Below are positions 1 to 15,200 of a DNA stretch of 43,308 bases, in pieces. The notes under the pieces were generated by a model. The model saw nothing but the letters and a program-made list of their open reading frames with translations, was not told where the DNA came from and made no database searches. The DNA is taken from NCBI GenBank assembly GCA_000934665.2, contig JYFJ02003339.1, forward strand, positions 1 to 43,308, written 5' to 3'. The first letter of the stretch is position 1. Each line of letters starts with the position of its first letter. Source of the DNA: Catajapyx aquilonaris. Its lineage: Eukaryota. Both the position numbers and the translations under genes were made by a program.

Positions 1-3884
<3,884 letters not shown>

Positions 3885-4140
3885 GGGAAGGAAAAATTGT
3901 GGGAGAATCTTCTAAGAAAGTGTCTTCCACACATTCCAGACAATGTTTCCACACTACTTCGTGTAACTGCCGCGGGACTGGAATGGCGCTTGATTCGCGA
4001 ATTTGGAATCGCAGCTTCTCTATTAGTACTGCTCTAGTTTCCCCTGCCTTTACACACAAAGTTATCTGCACTTCAGTTGCCTGCAAATGTCTACAATTTT
4101 TTTTAAAAGTAATTAAAAGCCAATGCGCGTAATAATGACA

Positions 4141-4200
4141 TATCGAATTTAAATATATCGATTAATCGATTGTGGGATTTGAAAAAAAATCGAATCGTCC
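4141..4200. promoter_or_regulatory. Putative bidirectional promoter with DRE-like (TATCGATA-like) motifs between HIPK and ELOF1
   Basis: Perfect palindrome ATCGATTAATCGAT at 4157-4170 plus further ATCGA half-sites, lying between two divergently oriented genes. Confidence 0.45.
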
Positions 4201-4686
4201 AAATTGTCCGGATTGGAGGAGCTATTTTTACGACATTTTAGATTATAAATACGAATTATTTCAACCTAAATTTTAAAATTAGGCAGGCAAATGAGTGTGT
4301 GTTTGATATATAATTTTTTGATTAATTTTTGAGACTCTTCATTTCAACACTGTTCACCTGGCAACCTTTGTTTGTAACGAACCTGGGACGAGTTGGCTGT
4401 GATTTGGACACAAGTACATTAATTATCAAGTCGTCCTTTTCTAATCAGATTTCCCCCTTACTCTCTTGCCCAAAACCAGATAATTTGGGTCCAACAGAAG
4501 AGCAGAAGGACCCTTTTCTGTCAGGTGAGTTTTTCTTTGAAGGTATATAGGGAGAGAAGACTCAGGGAAGAGTAAGAAATATTGGGGTTTGGATCGGGTG
4601 TATTTGCCCCCTAATGTTGTGAATCTGACTCTGCGGTCCATATGTCAGCAGGTTGTTGGCTGTCTGTAGAAAGGAATAAGGAAAAG

Positions 4687-4805
4687 ATGGGCAAGAGGAA
4701 GACCAGAAGGACTCCCTTGGTCAGGAGCAGGCCAACCCAGCCCATCCAGAAGCAATTCGACTGCCCTTTCTGCAACAACTCCGAGAGCTGCGATGTCGTC
4801 ATGTA

Positions 4806-4878
<73 letters not shown>

Positions 4879-5864
4879 CTCCTCCTCCTCCTCCTCCTCC
4901 TCCTACTACTACTACTACTACTACTACTGAAACCATCTAACACAGAACTTAAACTATCCCAGAACCTCTCATCATCCTCATCCAGAGACAAGACAACTGG
5001 TGCATACACAGCCACTACTACCACAATCCCAGTATTAACCACCTTCAGCCTCACCCACATAATTTCTCTCACTGACCCGACTAAACCCTTTCACACAGTG
5101 CACCAGCTTAGGACTACCCACACCTGCATAAGCCCTAGCTGCTTTTTATCTACACCGGACCAGAAACCTGATAACATACTGAAATCACCCACCAACCTTT
5201 AGTATAAGAGTTTATTGGATTTATATGTAGATAGGGGCCTTTATATATCTAATACTGTGTTTCCTCACAAAAGGATTCATCAGCATACTTGGGAGAATAG
5301 GTCATTAGGTCAGAAGCCCTTGATTGACTTTGTAGTGATAGATAATAGGTTGAGTTCAAAGGTAGTTGATACTAAGGTGGTTAGAGGTGTAGATGTTGTT
5401 TCCGACCTGGTCATCTCTAGGTTAAGCTTAGGTGTTGGATGGAGGATGTTTAAGAAAAAACCTGAGGTAGTTGAGAGGATTAAGGTTGAGCATCTACCTG
5501 CATTAGGTTTGAAATATCAACAGCTTGTTTATGATAAATTGGTAGAAGGGAACAAGACAGTTAAGTCCTTAGAAGAGGGTTAAGATTGTTTCAAGTCCTC
5601 CTCACTTGTCAGTGAGTAGTGCTTTTGATATTTGTGGTACGGCTAAGGTGGGTTGTAAGAAGGGGGACCTAATCGAGAGTTCAAGGAGTGCAAATACAAC
5701 ATAGTTGATACCTGCACCATTTCCACAGGAACCTTACTCAGAAGACGGGACGAGTGACCTGCAGGGTGTGCTCTGAGTCCTTCCAGACTATCATCCACCA
5801 CCTGTCCGACCCCATAGACGTCTACAGCGACTGGATAGACGCCTGCGAGGACGCCAACCGATAA
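4687..5864 (+). CDS. ELOF1: Transcription elongation factor 1 homolog (ELOF1/Elf1 zinc ribbon), 83 aa, two coding exons
   Basis: Exons 4687-4802 and 5729-5864 joined by a phase-2 GT-AG intron give [87 protein letters not shown]...CxxC and [10 protein letters not shown] are ELOF1 signatures. Likely 5'UTR intron at 4525-4669; AATAAA at 6021-6026. Confidence 0.93.
4806..4928. repeat. Compound microsatellite (CTA)n(CCT)n(CTA)n
   Basis: Directly visible immediately after the ELOF1 splice donor. Confidence 0.97.
4929..5195 (-). mobile_element. RTE-like LINE AP-endonuclease fragment (N-terminal part), inverted
   Basis: Translation [35 protein letters not shown] resembles the LINE APE domain; the upstream part is degenerate. 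Boundaries approximate. Confidence 0.75.
5200..5665 (+). mobile_element. RTE-like LINE AP-endonuclease fragment (C-terminal part), decayed
   Basis: [48 protein letters not shown] matches the end of the RTE endonuclease; stops follow. Boundaries approximate. Confidence 0.82.
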
Positions 5865-6536
5865 ACGAGCAGATCAAGGTCTGATGGCCAAGAAGAAGTT
5901 TCAAGAGTGGGCATTCCAGCCGGCAATGTTGTGACATGTGGAAACCATGTGTTTGCTTCAAAGGAAACTGCTGTCACCTTTTCTTGTAACTTAGTTTGTA
6001 GTTAGCATCTTGTCTGAACAAATAAAATTGACCAATCTGGGACTGTTTACATAGATAAGTGACTTATTGGCATGACCATGTGCCTAAGAACCTTATACTG
6101 GCACTACTACTGTAGACTGGGCATTACGATTGCATGAGGACTAGACTTGGCAACATTTTGGATGTTTCAAGACACTCCAATGCTCTTGCACCTTTCAAAA
6201 TAAAAAGCAGTACTAATAGGACATGTTTCAAATTTTTTTTAAAGACGATATTGTGGCATTACTATTGGACCCAGTGGTTTGGGTTAAGATATTCAATACG
6301 CAGAATTGTCATTAGCTATAACATTACCATAATTTCTGAGATGTTGTTGGGTCTACCATAGTCACTCCCTGGCACAACTATCACGTCATTCATAGCCTTG
6401 AATTGCACGACCTTTATCACTTGCCTCGAGCACAATGAATTGAGCGAATGGGACTGAAATATTATATCATACCTATACATGTCTGAGACCACTCAGAAAT
6501 CGCACAAAGTTTGTACCGAGTGTTGTAAATTTCTCA

Positions 6537-9500
6537 ATGATCTTTTGGCACCTGATCATCATTGTTACGGCGATATGCTCAAGTGGAGGTGTAAGACTCA
6601 GCGACTTCGACTTATCGGATGATGAGGTAAGTAGTAACATCAATTTCACTACTGCTGTTGAGACATTTAACACCATAAGTACAGTAAACACTCGATTATC
6701 AAAATATTTACACCTGTGGATAAACTTTTTTTTGCATATTTTCTGCAATTTTAAAAAGTGGAAATAGATTATACTTACAGGCATATTACTTATCAACTTG
6801 CCAAATCTACAATTTATTCACTCACTGTGGCTGTCAAGTATGATTACAGATGTTATTTTCCTTTTCTATTACAATGGATGTCTAGCAAGATGATGCCATA
6901 CCCGGAGAGCCGCTTAATCCGGACGACTGTGATTTTGATGGTGAAACAGAGCGTGAGTGACCCTAATGTCATGTGCACAAGTGCATCAAGGAAATGTAAT
7001 TATTACGAAGGAATATCACATTTAAAGTAGCCATAAGCTGGCAATATAGTGTTAAAAACTTTAGTAATGTAAATGAAATCTTCGTTTTAAATGTAATAAG
7101 TTATAAAATTAATTACACAAATTTAACATTAATTGTATAGTAATAAAACAGGTCGGGGAGACGGAGTGGCGCTGCGGTAACGTACGCGCCCACGGATGTT
7201 AAGGTCCCGGGTTCGAACCCAACCCGGGGATACCCCCTTCATCTCGTGCAGAGTTCTCGGGTCGTCTCTGGCTTCGTTTCGGGTGGTATTTCCGACAGAC
7301 TAAGCCACCCAGGGGAGCTCACAAAATGACCTTACTAGTCGATGCACTGCACATTGCACATCCCCTCCCAATCCCCCTGCCCGTAGGCCCGGGCCCTTCT
7401 AACATGGCCTCCCAGAATACCCCGCAAGGGGTATTACAATAAATAATAAATAATAAAACAGGTCGGTTACTGTGCTTATTGCGTATTTTACCAATAATGT
7501 CAGTTTCATTATACACTATATAAGGATGCATCAAAAGCAGTTCAAAAATTTATCAGTGATGTCAACGATATAATTGTGATTACATATTCATGACGTGTTA
7601 CTTAGAATTCTACTCGACCGAAGATGACGAAATACCTCTCGCAGACTTACTAAATGACATAATAGAAGATTCTTATCAAGTGAGTACTGGTATTAAGACA
7701 CATTATTTATGAATCTAATTTATGATGCACCTTACCATATGATTTCATTGCGTAAAAATATTCTGGCAGAAGCAGTGCGCCAACAAATAATAATTATTAA
7801 TATTTACTAAACAATATTTTGCTATCATTTGTTACTTTGTTGCATTTTCTTCTGCATGTTAAGTGTTGAAGATACCAAAATTGGTCATTATGACAATTTT
7901 TAAAAAGCGCTTCATTTCCACCTCACAACTAGTTTAATGTCATGACATACCGATATATTTTTAAATTCAGGCACGAAATGCAATGAGAGATCCGAGCATG
8001 AGATGGCCCGATGGAATAATTCCCTACGAAGTTGACTCGAATTTTAGTAAGTCAGCGGATTGTCACACGAAATTACCGTGGATATGAAGTACATAATATG
8101 TGTGTTTCCCTTTATTCCAATCTTCTATATTCGCAGACAAAAATCAACGTAGCTTGTTATGCCAAGCAATGTCAGAATATCACCAGTCAACTTGCATCCG
8201 ATTCAAACCACGAACTACCGAGGAAAATTACCTCTTTATTTCATCCACCGAAAGAAAGTAAATATATACTGGATGGTGCACTGCCCAACTTATTTTTAAA
8301 AATATTTTCTTTTTATATGTATGTGTAGTGGGCTAATAGCAGCTGAGCCCGTTTTCGATGGTAATGTAGTCCACCGCCATGGAAGCATGTTGCCATGGAA
8401 AGTTTGGCAGCCAGTTGCAATGGAAACCAAACCTGGAGAAACAAACAAACTTTGCCTTTTAAATAATAGATAGATATACTTTTTATATTTACATTCCAGC
8501 CAATCTTTGCCATTTAGGCTTGTTGTGCTGTGCACCACTCAGTTTTTTCTAGTTGTGTCTTACTTTTTTTTACTGCATATGACTCATTGGTGTAATGTTT
8601 CCTCCACAGAACATGCTCCAGCGAGTTAGGCTATGGAAGAAGGGGTCGTCAGTACACGTTTCTGCACTCACTTTGTTTTGTTGGAACTGGAACCCTGACT
8701 CACGAATTGATGCACGTGGCCGGATTTGACCACGAGCAGAACAGGCCGGACAGAGACTTATACGTTAAAATTAATTTCAAGAATATTAAAAAAGGTATGC
8801 GTATAGTAATATTTTTTGGCCTTAATATTTCTAGCAAAAGTATACAGATCACGTCAAAAATATTAAGGTAAAGATATTAAGGACAGTAAGTAATAATATA
8901 ATCAAGAATAACTCGCAAATATTTTCAGGATATAAGAGAAACTTCGAGGTTTGCGAGTGGAGTATGTGTCAGACACTTAACGCTCCGTATGACTTTGGTA
9001 AGTACCTTATGAAACATTAATTTTTCTATCATCACTTGGTTAAGCAGCCGAACCCTAATTTATCCAACATTCCGCTTAATTAGTTTTAATATTTTCCTCC
9101 TATCTGTTGAGATTCCACCATGGAACAGTATTAAACATTAGGCTACTGTTACTTCCACTCTTCAAATGCTGTTAATTAACATGATTTCTTCATTAAATTT
9201 TTTTCACACAAATTTCTAAATTCATGCCTATTTATTTATTCAAATCACTAAATATTTTGGTCAGATAATTGTGACTCTTATACACTTTGATGTTGTTGGA
9301 GACACACGAGTTCTTGAATAAGATTAATTTCAGAATCAATACTGCACTACCCCCGGTATGCGTTTGCCATTGATATTGATGTTCCAACAATTGAGCCTCT
9401 TGTACCAGGAGATTATTACATGGGACAAAGAGAGGGAATGACAGAGGTAAGAAGACCCACATAATTATAGTTCTTTCTTCTTCCTTTTTTTAAAAACTTC

Positions 9501-11760
9501 ACTTGAGCCGCTTAATTTTAGTGGCAACCAAATAATATCTCATTGTATCAGATGGGCTTATCCTATGAGTTTGTCTGAATAATTGTACCATATGTCCGTA
9601 TGACTACAGGTCGATACTTCAGATAAAAAAGCGATTGTCTTGTACTTTCAGATTGATATTTTAAAACTTAACAGACTTTATCCATGCCTAGGAGAAGGAA
9701 AGCTCACTGCACTGGCCCTAGGTATATCATCTATTAGTACTGTACAGTGTTGGACATTAATCGCGTCATACTGCTAGCGACATTTTCTGATGCGGCAGAC
9801 TTGCAAATCGAAGTGATAGAGTGTGAGCCGTGCGAGTAAGAAATGGTAGTCCTTGAGTGACGTCACTGCTGGGGACAAGCCTTTTTCTCCATTGCCCTCC
9901 AGCCGGTGATGTCACTCAAGGCCTACCTCTTCTTACTCCCACGGCTCACACTCTATCACTTCGATTTGCACATCTGCCGCATGGGCAAATGTCGCTAGCA
10001 GTGCGACGGAATTAATGTCCAGCACTGTACTATTACACATTACATAATATCAGGGGTCATCACGTTCATGAGTTTATAACGCTCACAGAGTTGCATCTGA
10101 AGTGCAGAGATGTACACTGCAAGTGCTCGGAATTTAAGAAAAGAGGAGCTTGCAAGGACAAAAACAAAAATTGGATGGCCATAAATTGTCGACAATCGTG
10201 CGGATTATGTGGTTAGTGATTTGGTCGGCCTATTATAATCCTTCAATGCAACCACTATGACTAAGTCTATATGATCTTCAAATATTTCAGATGGAGACTG
10301 CGTGGATATCCATCCAAAATGTTCCATATGGGCCACCAATGGAGAATGCGATTATATTTCGGCCTACATGATCCTTGTGTGTCCGAAAAGCTGCAACGCT
10401 TGTGGTGAATGTAAAGTTGCATTTTCCTAAACTTGTGAATTTCAGTAATATTTTTAATGGTGTGATGGGGCATATGCGGATATGTGAAGCAGTATGGCAA
10501 TTAAGGTACTTATACCGGTATGCAATTATCTCCTCAGACGCTCCAATAGTTAATATTGGCAGCAATTGCTGTGAATTAGCATCTGTAGGTGGCTGCGTCT
10601 TACTGCAGAAGTTTATGGATGTTTACTGCAGAAGAAGCTGTTCTCGAAGTAAGTTATTATAGTTATTATTATTATTATTATGTTATTATTATTATAAGTT
10701 ATTATAGCCATTACTGTCATGATATTCCGGGTATATTAGAAAGACATTACTTGTCACTAACTAAAATTATACTGCAGTGTTAAGTCACACTGTTATCATC
10801 TTATTATTAAATGACTCAATATTAAGTGCTCATTTAATTACTGACAGAATTTTGATTCTTATTATACTTGTGCATGGGTTCAAGAGACGTCGTGTGAGCA
10901 AGACATGTGCGACTCTGGTGATGACACGGATGGATTGGTACGTACAGTATGGGGATCCTACTAAAAATGAAGCAACAAAATGTAAACAATATTTGCCTCT
11001 TGATCTAACTACTGTAATATACTTTCACGTAAGTTCAACCACAGAAAAGTACCAGCACCACCAGCACAGTCTAGTTCTGTCAATTTTTACATGTGTAAAT
11101 AGAGCATAAACTACCAAGTGGTTTTTACATATATCTGGCGAAGCAATCATATTCTGGAACCAGTTTGCGAAAACAATACAGTTTGAAAATCAAAATATCA
11201 CGAGCTCACATAGACCTCATGGTTATGTTTATTAATCAATATTGAGGACTGTCCGCATATTAATGAATTATTTCAATGTAATGTTCACATTACTTTTTTC
11301 CCAATGTTTAACATGTAGTCCATTGCAGGAAGATTCAACGGAAGACTCGAGGAAAAAGAGGAAGAAAACCGATAAGCCTAATACAAGCCCAAATAGTAAG
11401 TTCATATTTATTGAATATGCCAGTACACCTTCAAATAAATTGGTTTCCGAAGCAGTGCGTTTTCATGAGTAAGACATCAAAAATGTTATAAAAAACATTT
11501 TGAAAACATAAGATTTCCAAGTGACTTACTCATCAGGATGACTTATTGAAGGGCCTTACCGGTACACGTAACAATATGCGTTATGATTAAATAAGGAATA
11601 GACTTGCAATTATACTGCTGTTTGCTACAATGTTTGTTTACAAAGACGAAACGTAATTTTTCATTTTCGTCTTCCAGATGGTGAATCAGCAACTGATCGG
11701 AAGCAAATACTATCTACAATTCGGGAACTACTCCAATTCACTGCCCGGCTAATAACATAG
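6537..11760 (+). CDS. Astacin-3xShK metalloprotease copy 1 (15 exons; stop at 10853-10855 as assembled truncates the C-terminal tail)
   Basis: Signal peptide MIFWHLIIIVTAICSSG; mature start R|NAMRDPSMRWPDGIIPY at 7971; zinc motif [19 protein letters not shown] from 8701; Met-turn position reads SILHY (9336-9350); three phase-1 ShK exons at about 10089-10648; tail exons at 10848, 11329-11395 and 11678-11760. Confidence 0.88.
7157..7450 (+). mobile_element. tRNA-derived SINE with target site duplication
   Basis: A box-like GTGGCGCTGCGG and B box GGTTCGAACCC; 3' hairpin AATACCCC-GCAA-GGGGTATT (7416-7435); A-rich tail; flanking direct repeat TAATAAAACAGGTCGG at 7141-7156 and 7451-7466. Confidence 0.9.
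9745..10027. mobile_element. Fold-back MITE (Tc1/mariner-pogo type, TA target site)
   Basis: TA-CAGTGTTGGACATTAAT...ATTAATGTCCAGCACTG-TA; the inverted arms cover most of the element; a second copy lies at 34746-35023. Confidence 0.9.
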
Positions 11761-12291
11761 TAACATCACTGCCATATGATTACATTTTAAGTTATTATCT
11801 TCATCTGGACAATATTGTTGACCCCAGCAGGTGGTATTGTCATTGAAATATATTTCCTTGGTCCCTGATTTACATGATTCCATCAACTGTATTATTTCGC
11901 CTTATGTATGCCACTGTACAAATTGAAGATGTAAAGTTGTAGATGACACAACACTATTAAAATGGTTTAAATAAGAAATGACGGTCTTGATCCTACATTC
12001 CAAATTAAGAAGCCTATTTTTTCCAGATAAATGAAGTACGATTTACAATGTACCAGATAAATAAGTATCCCAGTTTAAAATGGAAAGTCAAAATAGTCTT
12101 ACGTTTTGGTACAGGCTCATATTGTGCTATTTGGGCGAGACATTGGCATACTTCCAGTACGTCGTATTGCGTCAGTCTGGAATGCCACACCATGTTATCA
12201 TTGCATGCACAATGCATTGAGTGATTAGGACTAAAAATAACACACCGGAAATGGCTTCTCAGAAAGAGTACCGACTGTTGTGAATTTCGCA

Positions 12292-15200
12292 ATGGATCAT
12301 TGGAAAGTGCTGATCATTGTTGTTCTAGCAGGATCTTCAATCGGGCATGTCAAACGCAGAGAAGTATCGCAAGAAGAGGTAAACCACATTTTAAATCTAA
12401 AAGGCAAGGACGCCTTAAAATTATTTTAATCGTAGCCCAAAATCATGTCATTTCAAATGATATTAGTCGTGCATTATGATTGCGATTATTGCTATAAATT
12501 GTGCATTTTTTTTACTTAATCTGATACCTGTCTAGCTGGATGAAGTGCTTCCCGGAGAGGCACTGAATCCGGATGACTGTAGACGTGGTGAAGATGACGA
12601 CGACGAAGACGAACACCGTGAGCATTTTCATTATTATTCTTGTGGCAAAGTGTCATACTCGAAAAGCTACATTTTCTTAATTTCCTTTCCAATAATATTA
12701 CAATATATACCTTCACTCATGTGACTCGTGACATAAAATTAAAGCAATTCCATAAATGTATCTCATTTTCTACAGCAGATGAATTTGCGGGAACGCCGCG
12801 CAGCTTTGGCGCCGATAGTGAAGAGTACGATATTATATTAGAAGACACTGTTCAAGCAAGTATAGTAATGTACTGAACCAAGTACTTTGTAGTCTATAGC
12901 AACAACTTTTCTACAGGGTCGAAGTGCATCCATTGATAAGAAGAAGCTATGGCCCAATGCAGTCATTCCATACGAAGTTGATCACAAATTCAGTAAGTCA
13001 TAATCATTACACAGCATCGTTATAGTTACAGAATTATTTTATTTTGGCAACTTTTTTGGCAGCCAAAAAGGAGCGACGATTGTTATGCCATGCGATGCAA
13101 GTATACCACGATTTAACATGCATCCGATTTAGACCCAGAACTACCGAAGAACACTATGTCCGAATCATACGATCCAAAGAATGGTAAACACATCCACTGT
13201 TCATCACTCCAAATAATTAATTCGCTGAATATGATCATTCTCAGGGAATGTGCCAGCAACGTAGGCTTCCACGGTAATGGCCCTCAGTACATCTTCTTTC
13301 ATCCGAAATGCTTCAGACAAGGAAAAGGAACACTGGTTCATGAACTGATGCACACCCTAGGATTTGACCACGAGCACAACCGACCAGACAGAAACTGCCA
13401 TGTTCAGATTAACTTCGACAATATTAAAGAAGGTATACACTTATATGTTAATGCAACTGCTGAGCAGAGCGACGAAAATTATGTTGACTTGTTCGATCCA
13501 ATAATGTGGTGAGGAAATAAACTCAACTCATTATTACTTTCTGTCTATTTAATGCCACATAGGTAGAGACGCCTGTTGCAGTTCTTTCTCTTACTTTAAA
13601 ATATTTTCAGAGTACCATTATGCCTTCAAGGTTTGCGAATGAAGTGACTGTCAAACACTAAACACCCCATACGACTTTGGCAAGTAAAGTTCTTATGAAT
13701 TAATAAAGTTTTTATGGCATCCTGTCATTAGATGGTTATAGAAAAGTGGAGATACGATTTTATAGCCTGTATTTCTTCCGTTTTTTCGGGTTCACTACTT
13801 TGAAAGTGACTCGGTTGTACTTGAATTTATTAATTACAGGGTGCATCAATTTAAATTATAAACACATACCTTGTAACGATGATCCGAATGTTCGTGGAAA
13901 TGGGAGTCAAGGAGAGAGCTTCAAAATTCCATGTGGCACTGGAAAACTTTTTCTTAAAACGAAAAGGAAAGAAAATTAAATTAAAATTACTTCAACAAAA
14001 AAATCTAAAAATATGAGACAGGCTTACCTGACACAACGTAATAAACTTGGTAATACAGTGACCAGGCATTGATAACCTTACATCTCTCAATAGCTGTGCG
14101 TTACATTCCACAATAAAATTAAAACAAAGGCAATGAAATATCAATCTTCTGTCAGATATAATCAGAGTTGCAGTGTAATTAGCGACGTATTTAATATCAT
14201 GTCATCAGTGCTTGAATAATATTGCAGATTCAATAATGCACTACAGTCAGTATGCATTTGCCATTGATGGTCGTGTTGCGACTATCGTGCCTCTTGAACA
14301 AGGAGATTATAACATGGGACAGAGAGAAAAATTGAGCGAGGTAAGCAGCAGAAAAACTTACACGAGTTATACCATCTATAAGTTAGTATGATCAGACCAA
14401 TGACAGTAAATGATAGCCACAGTTTGACATAGCACGTGCTTTTTGCTCTATTATTTTCAGACTGACATTATAGAACTTAGTCGACTCTACGAATGTGGAG
14501 GGACATCACAGCAACGGCCTTCACAAATACTAGGTACGGTACATTACAGCTATTGTTATAGGTCTACACATCACACGTTTCATAAATTATTATAATAAAA
14601 CTTTAGAGATGCTGCTTGAGTGCGAAGATTTTCACCAGAAGTGCAATAAATTTCAAGAGGAAGGGGCCTGCAAGGACAATAATAAAAATTGGATGGCCTT
14701 AAATTGTCGAGAAACCTGTGACTTATGCGGTACGTAATTCGTTTACAGGTTGACCAAAACCAGACAAAATTCTTGACCAAAACCAGAATTCTTCGTCTGC
14801 TTGTCATGAGAACCATTTGGCCACAGCAACATCCATGATACCAAAATTATTTTCATCAATTATACATACCACTCTGGATTTCTATATTACGACATGTTTC
14901 AGATGGAATATGCGTCGACATGCACAAGAACTGTGCCCAGTGGGCCAAAGATGGAGAATGCAAGGAAATGACTCCTTACATGACTCTTGTATGTCGGAAA
15001 AGCTGCAAAGCCTGTGGTGAAGGTAATTATGTATTTTCATAGTCGTGCTTTGCAACAGTGTGTTATTGGTAAGTACCTGTCAAGATAGTTTCAGTCATTA
15101 TTTAGGAAACATCACATATACAACTCTTTAATTTCAGACGCTCCATGCATTTACGATATTGCTACCAACTGCCAAGAGTTAGCAGAACAATACAGCTGCT

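Noticed and set aside
4687..4806. ELOF1 as a truncated retrocopy ending ATG TAA
   Set aside because: AT|GTAAC is a phase-2 donor that splices in frame to 5729, giving a complete protein.
4611..5072. 153-aa ORF with poly-Ser/poly-Arg resembling an SR protein
   Set aside because: It is a LINE fragment plus a microsatellite plus the antisense of ELOF1 exon 1.
7157..7228. tRNA genes (also at 17635-17710 and 37640-37716)
   Set aside because: The A/B boxes are heads of SINEs with long bodies, tails and target site duplications; I see no convincing cloverleaf.
13640..13642. Selenocysteine or programmed readthrough at the in-frame TGA
   Set aside because: It aligns to Trp (TGG), not Cys, in all paralogs; a single G-to-A change is the simpler explanation.
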